Shown: positions 39,501 to 50,677 of the stretch, piece after piece
Layout of the letters: each line of letters begins with the position of its first letter
Position numbering within the stretch: position 1 is the stretch's first letter
Program-made: the position numbers and the translations under genes
NCBI GenBank assembly: GCA_964016885.1
Contig: OZ024740.1
Span: 419,492,001 to 419,556,000, forward strand
DNA from: Eledone cirrhosa
Taxonomy: Eukaryota
DNA: 64,000 nt
Direction of reading: 5' to 3'
The notes under the pieces: model-generated
What the model was told of the DNA's origin: nothing
Databases searched by the model: none
The model's input: only the letters and a program-made list of their open reading frames with translations

Positions 39501-41086
39501 GGTGAGTGGCTTAGTGATTAGTGTCTCCCAGTTATGTACACTGTATCGTTAGTTGTGAAGGTGAGTGGCTTAGGGGTTAGTGTCTCCCTGTTATGTACAC
39601 TGTATGGTTAGTTGTGAAGGTGAGTGGCTTAGTGGTTAGTGTCTCCCAGTTATGTACACTGTATGGTTGGTTGTGAAGGTGAGTGGCTTAGGGGTTAGTG
39701 TCTCCCAGTTATGTACACTGTATGGTTGGTTGTGAAGGTGAGTGGCTTAGTGATTAGTGTCTCCCAGTTATGTACACTGTATGGTTAGTTGTGAAGGTGA
39801 GTGGCTTAGGGGTTAGTGTCTCCCTGTTATGTACACTGTATGGTTAGTTGTGAAGGTGCGTGGCTTAGGGGTTAGTGTCTCCCAGTTATGTACACTGTAT
39901 GGTTGGTTGTGAAGGTGAGTGGCTTAGGGGTTAGTGTCTCCCAGTTATGTACACTGTATGGTTAGTTGTGAAGGTTAGTGGCTTAGAGGTTAGTGTCTCC
40001 CAGTTATGTACACTGTATGGTTGGTTGTGAAGGCGAGTGGCTTAGTGGTTAGTGTCTCCCAGTTATGTACACTGTATGGTTAGTTGTGAAGGTTAGTGGC
40101 TTAGAGGTTAGTGTCTCCCAGTTATGTACACTGTATGGTTAGTTGTGAAGGTGAGTGGCTTAGTGGTTAGTGTCTCCCAGTTATGTACACTGTATGGTTA
40201 GTTGTGAAGGTGAGTGGCTTAGTGGTTAGTGTCTCCCAGTTATGTACACTGTATGGTTAGTTGTGAAGGTGCGTGGCTTAGTGGTTAGTGTCTCCCAGAT
40301 ATGTACACTGTATGGTTAGTTGTGAAGGTGAGTGGCTTAGTGGTTAGTGTCTCCCTGTTATGTACACTGTATGGTTAGTTGTGAAGGTGAGTGGCTTAGT
40401 GGTTAGTGTCTCCCAGTTATGTACTCTGTATGGTTGCTTGTGAAGGTGAGTGGCTTAGTGGTTAGTGTCTCCCAGATATGTACACTGTATGGTTAGTTGT
40501 GAAGGTGAGTGGCTTAGTGGTTAGTGTCTCCCAGTTATGTACACTGTATGGTTAGTTGTGAAGGTGCGTGGCTTAGTGGTTAGTGTCTCCCAGATATGTA
40601 CACTGTATGGTTAGTTGTGAAGGTGAGTGGCTTAGTGGTTAGTGTCTCCCAGTTATGTACACTGTATGGTTAGTTGTGAAGGTGAGTGGCTTAGTGGTTA
40701 GTGTCTCCCAGTTATGTACTCTGTATGGTTGCTTGTGAAGGTGAGTGGCTTAGTGGTTAGTGTCTCCCAGATATGTACACTGTATGGTTAGTTGTGAAGG
40801 TGAGTGGCTTAGTGGTTAGTGTCTCCCAGTTATGTACACTGTATGGTTAGTTGTGAAGGTGCGTGGCTTAGTGGTTAGTGTCTCCCAGATATGTACACTG
40901 TATGGTTAGTTGTGAAGGTGAGTGGCTTAGTGGTTAGTGTCTCCCTGTTATGTACACTGTATGGTTAGTTGTGAAGGTGAGTGGCTTAGTGGTTAGTGTC
41001 TCCCAGTTATGTACTCTGTATGGTTGCTTGTGAAGGTGAGTGGCTTAGTGGTTAGTGTCTCCCAGTTATGTACACTGTATTGTTGG
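27530..41086. repeat. 59-bp satellite, about 230 copies, G/T-rich strand, with higher-order duplications
   Basis: ccagttatgtacactgtatggttggttgtgaaggtgagtggcttagtggttagtgtctc tandem; 51-bp deletion variants. Confidence 0.98.
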
Positions 41087-41119
41087 CACTGGAGAGGTTG
41101 TCTTACTCGACTCATGCTA

Positions 41120-41248
41120 TCTGAGTGAACTGAAGCAACAGAAAATGAAGTGCCTTGCTCAAGGACACAACACACCACTGAGAATTAAACTTATGACTTC
41201 ACAATCATAAGCTGAACACACTAACCACCAAGCCATGCACTTTTACAA
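41120..41248 (-). mobile_element. SINE-B (decayed)
   Basis: Minus: ttgtaaaagtgcatggcttggtggttagtgtg...gtgttgtgtccttgagcaaggcacttc. Confidence 0.75.
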
Positions 41249-42550
41249 AGAAGGTTTTAGTATATGTTTATATGTAAGGAATATAAATTATCTCCTCCAT
41301 CTTGCAAGCATCATTACCTCTAACATTTCCAATGTCATAATGACAATATATACATCTCTACCTGAAACTTGAATCACATACATTCGTTATGTCATTTTTG
41401 CTGTTATTTGTGATATTTATTGATCTGGATGTAACTTCTCTATAGAATCATATTGTATACATTCCAATTAAATTCCCTTTTTGGCTGACATTCAGAAATA
41501 ATTTGTTCATATTTTAGTTTTGTCATTAGCATTAAGAGTTGTTATTCAAATGTTAATATATAACAACTTTTCCAATAATATCTTGACATCAAATAGAATC
41601 TATGTGATAATCTTGGGGGTTTCATTATGAGTATATATTTGAAAAAAAATATCTCTTGCTTCATTTCCACTGTGGATAATTCTGACAATTCCTTTTTGTA
41701 TTTATTCGGTTTTGTATTTGGTATTGCTTTCAAAGATAATTTGTTGAAAACTGCATCCAATATTGTTTTCAGAAATATATTTTGATATTTAATGGTGTTT
41801 GTTAGATCTCTTGTTCAATGATTTCTTCTCTAACACTACTTTGCAATGGAACTTTTGACCTGAATTTGTTTATTTCATTGTAGATCTACAAATGTTAAAT
41901 GGAAATATTGATTTCTTGAAATCAAAATATAGATTACTTTAATGTGTTTTACCCTTTGCCTGATTCTCTTGGCTTCATTTATGGGCCTAATTAATCATTT
42001 CTAATTTATTCATAAGATATAATTATGCAGTGTGTGTGTGTGTTTAAATTTAAATGAAACAGTTTTTATTTTATTTTTCATGGCTTAATCAGAAAAAGGA
42101 GGAGCAATACCCCTGACCTTTTCTGGGCCTCCAAGACTGCCATGAAGAAGTTTTTCTCAGACAGTAGGCCATTGCCCAAATACTTGCAACCATGTAGACT
42201 AGGCATGCTAGGGCTAGATGGTGATTTTAAATCAGGAAACACATTAAACCTACCAGCAAAGATTAAGAATAGTTCATCCAATGCGCTTCTAAAGTTTACA
42301 CCCCACCTCTTCAAAAAGATTTCACTGACAGAGCTTTACTAGACCTGAGGCTATGATAGAAGGAAGACACTTGCTGAAGGTTGTACATGGTAGGATTGAA
42401 CCCAAAACTCTGTAATTGTAAAACAAATGTTAAAGTCTTAGTATATAAGAAATAATTGTTATGTCTTTAGATATATAAAAATTAGACAAATCAATTATTG
42501 GAATTGATCAAAGGGGTTTATATTTCTATCCATTGATCATCTAAATACAA

Positions 42551-43016
42551 TTAAACCTTTTGTTACCATGTTTCTAATGAAAGACACTGTCTATGACTTT
42601 TAAAATAATCAAGAATTTCAAAGAATTTAGTAATATATCTACGTCATTAGTATGATAGTTTTTAGAGATTAGCTTAACAAATGTTCTTACATAAAATTAT
42701 GATGGAAGGTTGTTAGATAAATATAAACACTTTAAATAAACTTTATATTATAGAACCAGGGCACTGGAGTGGCAGCATTGGTAGAGTATCGGGCAACATG
42801 CTTTGTGGCATGTAGTTACGTCTCTTTATGTTCTGATTTCAAATCCTGCTGAGGTTAGCTTTGCTTTTTATCCTTATGGGGTAGATAAAATAAAGTACCA
42901 GTAATGCACTGGGGTCAATTTAATTGACTGCCCTTCCCCAAAAATTGTTGGCCTAAATCAGAAACCATTATAGATCCAGGGACGACTTTAGGTGGTTTGT
43001 TATTGAAAGGGTTAAA
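42551..43016. mobile_element. piggyBac-like MITE (family 2) with nested SINE-A (42765-42970)
   Basis: TTAAaccttttgttacc ... gaaaGGGTTAA; SINE flanked by TSD ttataga(a/t)ccaggg; related fragment at 4617-4790. Confidence 0.65.
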
Positions 43017-43802
43017 TTTGAAATGGAAAATTAAAAGTACTTTAGCCAGTAGAGTCTCAAGTTGAGTACAAATACACCTTACAATGCCTTTATATTGTTG
43101 TTGCTGTTGTTACAGCTGACACCTATGCAGGTTTAGCTGGCCTCCACGCATTGCTTGAGATTGTAAAACATTGCTATGTTGGTTCAATTATGTCTTTCAT
43201 TTAGCAGAAAATATTTTGGGTATCAAGAGTGATGAGTAACCTAAAATCATATGTTGAAAGATCAACTTAAATACACTAAAAAAAAAATACACTAAACTTC
43301 AGTGCCATTAAAAACCAAACAATTGATGGTAATTACACTAATATGTATGTGTACAAGATATTGGAGATGGTTTAGTGACTAAATAATAAAAAAAACTGTC
43401 AATATATTGTCTGACTAATCTAATTTAAGAAATCAAAATAAAGCTGGAATATAACATGTCAACTAGTTGATCAGATGTCACGAAAATGTTAATGGTTGTC
43501 TGAACAAACACACAGATATGTAGTCATTAAGTCTATACAGCAAGAATGTAGTAATTTTATGTAAGTGGTGTGTAAACAATATTATTAATTGATTAAAACG
43601 AATGACAGCGGTAATTAATTTTTTGAGCAGGCCCTATTATGATAAGTTGTAAAAATCAGTAAATCTGAGTGATACTACAATTATTTTTCATGGATTGTCA
43701 GGATACTAATTGCTCAAATATAATCTATAGCAGTTCATTTCAGTGCAATATAGTGTTTACATTTCTTTACCTCTCTCTCTGTCTCTCTCTCTCTCTCTCT
43801 CT

Positions 43803-43975
43803 CATCATCATCGTTTAAAGTCCATTTTCCATGCCCAACATGGTTAGGATGGGCTGTCCCATTGTGAGGTTGGAGGACTGTGTTTCACTCACATAGAACT
43901 AGCTTTGGCTTGGCTTCTATGTCTGGATGCCCTTCTTAACGCCAACTACATTTACAGTGTGAACTGGGTGCTTCT
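43803..43975 (-). mobile_element. RTE 3' tail fragment
   Basis: catcatcatcgtttaaag...ctggatgcccttcttaacgccaactacatttacagtgtgaactgggtgc. Confidence 0.75.
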
Positions 43976-44049
43976 TGATATGTATAGCACTTTGATGGTG
44001 TTGAAATTCTAAAGTAAATTTTCCAGTCCAGTCTTCTGTTGTTGATTTA

Positions 44050-46097
44050 ATCATCATCATCATCAACGTTTAACGTCCATGTTCCACGCTTGCATGGGTT
44101 TGGACGGAGGTATTCCCACTTGAGGCAAGAGTGGTTGTCATTGCTCGCATTGGACTGTCTGGCGGGTTTTCTACAGCTGGATGCCCTTCCTAACACCAAC
44201 CACATTTACAGTGTGGGGCTGGGAGGTTTTTACCGTGTTGCCTACACGGCCACATTACAGCGTGGACTGTGTGTTTTTTTGTCGTGACACCTACACGATC
44301 TCATTTGTTTCGGCCTGGATGGTGTGGCACCAACATAACTTTACATAGGAGGGGGTGGGGGTGGATGGGGTGGGGGTGGTGGGACGGGGGTGTATTTTGT
44401 TAGAGATGCCTACTGGCTGGAGTAGGTTTTACTATGTATTTAGGTAAGGCGGGTCTTCTCTATTACTGAGTACCGCCAAAGGTCTCGGTCCAGTGACATT
44501 GTCTTGGAGAGGTGTAAGTGTGTGAGGTCGGAGTTTATCAGGTCGTCCCAGGTTTTTCTAGGTCTGCCTATTCCGTGGCTACCGTCTATCTTTATTGCCC
44601 TGCACTTTGTTATACAGCTATCGACTTTCATGCGCATCACGTGTCCATACCAACGTAGCCTTCTCTCGAGTAAACAACATCTGATCCCTCTTATTTCTAA
44701 TTTTTTCCTTAGTTCGTTTATGCTTTGCCGTTCACGTATATTACTACTACACATCCAGCAGAGCATGCAAGCTTCGTTCCTCTCTAGTCTGCGTATATCC
44801 TCTGCACACAATGCCCAGGTCTCACTGCTATGCAACATTGCTGTTCGTATGCAGGCATCATACAACCTGCCTTTCATTTTTAGGGAGAACCCTTTAGCGG
44901 CTAATAGTGGTATAAGCTCTCTGAACTTTTTCCATCCTGTTCTGACTCTAGCTACTGTACTTTCAGAGCACCCTCCCCCACTGCTGATTTTGTCACCCAG
45001 GTAACGGAAGCTGTCCACTATTTCTATAGAGCCCTCTGCGCAGTTGAAAGAGCTAGTATTTTGTGGGCACTTGCTGCTACTTATTGCACCAGAGCACCGC
45101 CCACATGTAAAATCTATGTTCTTAGTTAGCTTACCTGTGATCCCACTACATCTTTTATGCACCCATACTTTGCATTTGGGACATAAAATGGAGTTTCTAC
45201 CTACGCCTTTCCTACACACTGAGCATGGCCATTTCTCGGAAGGGACCGCCGCCTTATTTTCTTTCCTACAAACTAGAACTTTAGTCTTAGCCAGGTTAAT
45301 TTTAAGGCCTTTTGATTCTAGGCCGTGCTTCCATGTTTGGAATTTCTTCTCTAGCTCGGCCATTGATTCAGCTATGAGTGTCAGGTCGTCTGCGTATAGG
45401 AGTTCCCATGGGCAGCCGGTCTTGAACTCCTCTGTTATAGCCTGAAGGGCAATAATAAATAGTAGGGGGCTGAGAACAGAGCCCTGATGGACGCCAACTT
45501 TTACGCTAAACTCTTCACTATATTCGTTGTTAATTCTAACCTTGCTGACTGTTTCTTTATACATGGCTTGTATAGCTCTCACAAGCCATTCGTCGACACC
45601 TAGTTTTCTAAGGGCCCACCAGATAATGGAACGGGGGACTCTGTCGAAGGCTTTCTCCAAGTCGACAAAAGCTAAGTAGAGGGGTTTACCTTTAGCTAGG
45701 TACTTCTCCTGTAGTTGTCGTACAATGAAATATGCGTCTGTGGTACTTTTGCCTGACACAAACCCGAACTGCATTTCATCTAGATCAATTCTCTCTCTGA
45801 TTAGTTGCGCTATTACTTTTTCCGTGACCTTCATGACCTGGTCGATTAATTTAATGCCTCTATAGTTACTCCTATCTAGGGCATCTCCTTTACCCTTATA
45901 ACAGTTAACGATGATGCTGCTATGCCAGTCCTTCGGAACAACCCCATTCTGTATGACTTGGTTTACTATCCGGGTGACCATGGTGTGTCCCACCGTGCCA
46001 GATGCCTTCAGCATCTCAGCAACTATTTCCGAAGGCCCAGCCGCCTTACCCGTCTTCATATCCTTGATTGCCTTACTTATTATACTACCCTCGACTA
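44050..46097 (-). mobile_element. Young 5'-truncated RTE-clade LINE with 3' UTR and (GAT)n tail
   Basis: Uninterrupted RT ORF, about 390-bp 3' UTR, tgatgatgatga tail. Confidence 0.95.
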
Positions 46098-46101
46098 ACA
46101 C
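44440..46101 (-). CDS. Non-LTR retrotransposon (RTE clade) reverse transcriptase, 5'-truncated, with embedded PHD finger
   Basis: NYRGIKL, QFGF, FVDLEKAFDRV, GVHQGSVLSPLLF, YADD, FRYLG, RRLRWYGHVMR, GRPRKTW; the annotated start codon is not a true start. Confidence 0.92.
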   Translation of the reverse strand: MLVEGSIISKAIKDMKTGKAAGPSEIVAEMLKASGTVGHTMVTRIVNQVIQNGVVPKDWHSSIIVNCYKGKGDALDRSNYRGIKLIDQVMKVTEKVIAQLIRERIDLDEMQFGFVSGKSTTDAYFIVRQLQEKYLAKGKPLYLAFVDLEKAFDRVPRSIIWWALRKLGVDEWLVRAIQAMYKETVSKVRINNEYSEEFSVKVGVHQGSVLSPLLFIIALQAITEEFKTGCPWELLYADDLTLIAESMAELEKKFQTWKHGLESKGLKINLAKTKVLVCRKENKAAVPSEKWPCSVCRKGVGRNSILCPKCKVWVHKRCSGITGKLTKNIDFTCGRCSGAISSSKCPQNTSSFNCAEGSIEIVDSFRYLGDKISSGGGCSESTVARVRTGWKKFRELIPLLAAKGFSLKMKGRLYDACIRTAMLHSSETWALCAEDIRRLERNEACMLCWMCSSNIRERQSINELRKKLEIRGIRCCLLERRLRWYGHVMRMKVDSCITKCRAIKIDGSHGIGRPRKTWDDLINSDLTHLHLSKTMSLDRDLWRYSVIEKTRLT

Positions 46102-46114
46102 ATATATATATAGT

Positions 46115-46228
46115 AATAATAATTGTTTCTACTTTTGGCACAAGGCCAGCAATTACCCAGTGCATTACTGGTACTTTATTTTATCGACCCCGTAAGGATG
46201 AAAGGCAAAGTTAACCTCGGCGGGATTA
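46115..46228 (-). mobile_element. 5'-truncated SINE-A
   Basis: ataattgtttctacttttggcacaagg...gttaacctcggcgggatt. Confidence 0.85.
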
Positions 46229-46398
46229 ATAATATTTATACTTATATATGTTTAATATACAACTATAAATATGGAGGGTAGTACTAAGTACTAGCCAGTT
46301 ACTGGTAGGATAAAAAACTCAATGTAAATTATCAAGTGTTTTACAGAGCCAAGATACAAAGTGTTAAAACAATCAAATCTTAGTTTGATACATTTATT

Positions 46399-46445
46399 TG
46401 CTGACAATTGTTTCTTCCAGAGGGATGTCTGGAATCATTGGAGCA
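46399..46445 (-). ncRNA. Degenerate type I hammerhead ribozyme
   Basis: TGCT CCAATGA TTCCAGA catccc TCTGGAA GAAA CAATTG TC AGCA. Confidence 0.5.
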
Positions 46446-46918
46446 TAGGGAATGCTTAAACAGGTGATTAAAATCCTCGTCTTCAGAACATTTAGGTAGA
46501 TACATAAATGTTGTCAGTGTCCTAGACATCATGTAGAGAATCGGGAGTGAAAAGAATGTTATGCTTCAGAGAACACAATTACAAGGAGCAATAGTGAAAA
46601 TTGAAAAATAAGCATATTACGTATAGATGTATTGTTTTGGGTAATACAGGTGCAAAAGGTACAAGCAATAAAAAGGTAAGATAGGATAGATAGAAGATAT
46701 CATAGCATTGGAAATCAGGTAATGTTAAGGGTATATAATGCACGAGTCAATACAATCAATAAGTCATGTATGAGGTAAGGGTTATATTACAGCTGAAACA
46801 AGCATATTTCATTTCACTCCCGATTCTCTACATGATGTCTAAGACACTGACAACATTTATGTATCTACCTAAATCTTCTGAAGACTAGGATTTTAATCAC
46901 CTGTTTAAGCATTCCCTA

Positions 46919-46965
46919 TGCTCCGAGGATTCCAGACATCCCTCTGGAAGAAACAATTGTCAGCA
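46919..46965 (+). ncRNA. Type I hammerhead ribozyme motif (core variant)
   Basis: TGCT CCGAGGA TTCCAGA catccc TCTGGAA GAAA CAATTG TC AGCA. Confidence 0.55.
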
Positions 46966-47012
46966 AATAAATGTATTAAACTAAGATTTGATTGTCTTAA
47001 TATTTTGTATCG

Positions 47013-47325
47013 TCATCATCATCATACGTCCGCTTTTCTCTGCTTGCAAGGGTAGGACGGGAACTGATTCTGGCTTGATTTCTACAGCTGGATGCCCTTC
47101 CTAACACCAACCTCATTTACAGTGAGGGCTGGGTGCTTTTTTGCCATGGCACCTCCATGACCACTTTGCAGTGGAATGATAGGGACCCCAATCCAATCAT
47201 CTCATTTCTACAGTTGAGTAAAACTGGAGCAACGCGGAATAAAGTGTCTTACTCAAGGAAACAACACATCACCCGGTCTGAGAATTGAACTCACAACCTT
47301 TCGATTGCAAGCCCATGTGCCTTCA
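47013..47325 (-). mobile_element. SINE-B with RTE-derived 3' tail
   Basis: tRNA head + CORE-like centre + 48-bp module + ggaagggcatccagctgtagaaa + (GAT)n. Confidence 0.8.
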
Positions 47326-47636
47326 TGTATATATATATATACATATATATATATATACACACACACACAAACACAAACATGTATATATATATATATATCT
47401 GTGCGTGTGTGTCTGTGTATATATGTATAAATCAGGACAGAACCAGTTTAAAACTAGTTAGACCATTACCCAACAGAGTAAGTACTTGATACTTGGGGTA
47501 GTAAAGTAAGGCTTTATTATAAAGAGATGGGTCCCAACGGTGGAGCCTTGACAAGAACTCAGCCGTGCGGATCGGATTCTTTATAATATATATATATAGA
47601 TATAAATAGATAAATGACTGACTGAATACACACGTG

Positions 47637-47681
<45 letters not shown>

Positions 47682-47684
47682 TAA

Positions 47685-48146
47685 ATTCGTAACTCCACCT
47701 TCGTGGAGGCCTTCTGAGTGGTCATTTCCGCTCACGTGGGTACCACTTGGCAACTGCGCGGGTCCACCGATTATCGGTGAACCGGGCGACGTGTCCAGCC
47801 CTTCTGAACTTGCTGCGCATATATTCCGTGATGACGTCCCTCATGCCAGACTTCTGTCTGATGACTTCGCCCCTGATGTACTCTCTCAACAAGATTCCTA
47901 ACATTGATCTCTCCATGGCTCTTTCAGCCGTTACCAGCCTCTGCTCTTCTCTCTTCGTTGTAGCCCAAGTTTCACTGCCATATAACATTGCAGGTAAAAC
48001 TGTGCTATTGAAGAGGTTGGTGCGGGTGGTCTTGTCCAATCTCCCCTTACGATTTTAGGAATATGATTGGGACTACATGGATGAGGTAAGCACGATCCAG
48101 AGAGGAATGGACGGCCGACAGACTGGTTGGTCAAGGTGATCAAGGT
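47685..48146. mobile_element. RTE-clade fragment of a second family with 5' inversion
   Basis: Minus 47685-48045: LFNSTVLPAMLYGSETW..AGHVARFTDNRW..RPPRRWSY; plus 48047-48146: YDFRNMIGTTWMR*ARSREEW + caaggtgatcaaggt tail. Confidence 0.8.
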
Positions 48147-48430
48147 ATATATATATATATATATAGATGGGTGACTGAATACACGTGTATATATATAAAT
48201 ATATATATAGATAGATAGATGGCTGACTGAATACACATGTATATATATATATGTATGTATATATCTATATCTATATAGAGATATATACATATATATATAT
48301 ATAGATAGATAGATAGATGGCTGACTGAATACACATGTATATATATGTATGTATATATCTATATCTATATAGAGATATATACATATATATATATATATAT
48401 AGATAGATAGATGGCTGACTGAATACGCAT
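48147..48430. repeat. Compound (TA)/(GATA) microsatellite with repeated gatggctgactgaatacac motif
   Basis: Motif recurs 4 times here and once at about 47610. Confidence 0.8.
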
Positions 48431-48659
48431 GCTTTTTTTCATAATTTGTTTTCCTCATTCCTCCTCTTCTCATTCTATCTTTCTATTACATCTTTTATTT
48501 CTCATTCTATCTTCTGATGAATGACTAATGTCGATAACATAAAAGCTCTTTCCCTCTTATATCAAGTGTTAAACTAATATATTCCTTCATTGTACTGTGT
48601 CGTTTGCTTTGTTGGTTCTGTTTACTTTTTGGATACATACATATAATAGAGAATAAGGC

Positions 48660-48897
48660 AGTGTTGCTGAAGCATGGAACAAACTACCTGCATCAGTTGA
48701 TGGCTGTCGGGTCACTGCATCCTTCAAAACTTCCATGCTTCCCGAAATTCACCAACACTACACCTGATATTCCCCCTATGTGTCTGTGTGTCTATCATGA
48801 CTCATACACTGTTCACTTTCCTAACATTTGTACATGTAACTTTGATGAGTGGTAGTGCACCTGAGCACTGTACACAATAATTTTCATTATTATTATA
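48660..48897 (+). mobile_element. CR1/L2-group LINE 3' end
   Basis: AWNKLPASVDGCRVTASFKTSM resembles WNxLP...FK C-terminus; ends cattattattat. Confidence 0.55.
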
Positions 48898-49087
48898 TTT
48901 TTATACAAAACTCTGTCGTATATAAACCTGCAAGATTATATTAGTCTAGAGACTACTACATTGAGTGCTAAAACCTGTGTACACAAGTGTTAATTGATCA
49001 ATACATGCAATTGAGAAACAATTACTGATTAGTGAACAGGGGCAAATTAAATATATATATGTACACACACATATATCTGTCATCTAT

Positions 49088-49122
<35 letters not shown>

Positions 49123-49143
49123 TGATATATATTGATATATATT

Positions 49144-49623
49144 ATCATCATCATTTTACGTCCACTTTTCCCTGCTTGCAAGGGTGGGACGGGAACTGAT
49201 TCTGGCTTGATTTCTACAGCTGGATGCCCTTCCTAACACCAACCTCATTTACAGTGAGTGCTGGGTGCTTTTTGCCGTGGCACCTCCACGACCACTTTGC
49301 AGTGGAATGATAGGGACCCCAGTCCCTATCATCTCATTTCTACAGCTGTGTAAACTGGAGCAATGTGAAATAAAGTGTCTTGCTCAAGGAAACAACACAT
49401 CACCCCATTGCAAGCCCAATGCTCTAACCACTAAGCCATGCGCCTTCATGCATTACTTGAGATTGTAAAACATTGCTATGTTGGTTCAATTATGTCTTTC
49501 ATTTAGCAGAAAATATTTTGGGTATCAAGAGTGATGAGTAACCTAAAATCATATGCTGAGAATTGAACTCACAACCTTTTGATTGCAAGGCCAATGCTCT
49601 AACCATTAAGCCATGTGCCTCCA
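49144..49623 (-). mobile_element. SINE-B with RTE tail, head duplicated around a captured segment of about 105 bp
   Basis: Near-identical to 47013-47325; 49442-49555 matches 43140-43253. Confidence 0.8.
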
Positions 49624-49627
49624 TGTG

Positions 49628-49676
<49 letters not shown>

Positions 49677-49713
49677 TCCTGTCCCTCTCTCTCTTTATAT
49701 GTATATATATATG

Positions 49714-50211
49714 CTTTGGCCCCACTCGGTCACGAATGACCATGGTTTTGCACCTAGAAAGTTTCCCTCTGAGGCACAAGCCTGGGAAAGTTTGTTTGAG
49801 GAAGACCAGCAGTTGCCCATGCATACCAGTCTCCCCCCTCTCCACGCCACCGGTGTTATCCAAGGGAAAGGCAATGACCAATACAGCTTGGCACCAGTGA
49901 CGTCGCAACATTTCTACAGCTGAGTAAACTGGAGCAACGTGAAATAATTGTTTCTACTTTTGGCACAAGGCCAGCAAATACCCAGTGTATTACTGGTACT
50001 TTATTTTATCGACCCCATAAGTATGAAAGGCAAAGTTAACCTCGGCGAGATTTGAACTCAGAATGGCAAGGGCCGTAACTTCACGCGTCAAAGCATGGCG
50101 TCCGTTAATGTGTTTTGCTCAAGGACACAACACGTCACCCGGTCCGAGAATCGAACTCACAACCTCTCAATTGCAAGCCCAATGCTCTAACCACTAAGCC
50201 ATGCACCTTCA
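49714..50211 (-). mobile_element. SINE-B variant (alternative tail) with nested SINE-A (about 49945-50105)
   Basis: Head gaaggtgcatggcttagtggttagagc, gagttcgattc; body split at gaaataa|tgttttgctc. Confidence 0.8.
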
Positions 50212-50677
50212 ATATATATATATACACACAGACACATACATATATGCATATACACACACAGACACATATATACATGCACACAAACAAATATGTAAATGTA
50301 TATGTGCAAAAAGTGAAAAAGGAAAAGCCAATAGTTAATCTAGTAGTTAATATAATAGGGAAGAGATTTAATATTTCTGATGTTAGTCTTTCATTGGAAG
50401 ATAGAATGAGATAGAAGATGGCTTAGAAAGATAGACAAAAGTAAATAGAGGAAGAAATAGAAAAATAATTTTGTTTTTACAGGAGGCAAACGCAACTGTT
50501 TAGTCAGCCATTTTGGGAAAGTGTGGGTCAGAATGTAACTTACATAGTGAAGAGGTTTAATAAGGGTCATCAACCTGTCTAACCTGTGCCAGCATAGAAA
50601 ATAGATATAAAATGGTGGTGATGAGATAATGATAATGGTGTGTCTATATATAGAATGATTAATAGACATACACATGC

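Larger units (their letters stand above)
46353..47011. mobile_element. Inverted repeat (about 200-bp arms, about 260-bp spacer), Penelope-like pLTR relic with hammerheads
   Basis: 46353-46552 is the reverse complement of 46812-47011 with few mismatches. Confidence 0.65.

Noticed and set aside
27530-41086. CRISPR-like or telomeric array
   Set aside because: No unique spacers and no cas genes. TTAGGG appears only as a single-base variant of the SINE-derived ttagtg, never in tandem.
42078-42342. Overlapping ORFs on both strands in a GC-richer patch
   Set aside because: No recognisable domain or convincing splice sites
44504-46195. Plus-strand ORFs antisense to the RTE RT
   Set aside because: Shadow ORFs of the real minus-strand frame
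48512-48546. CTGATGA-atGAC-taat-GTC hammerhead-like motif
   Set aside because: GAAA core and cleavage triplet are not intact
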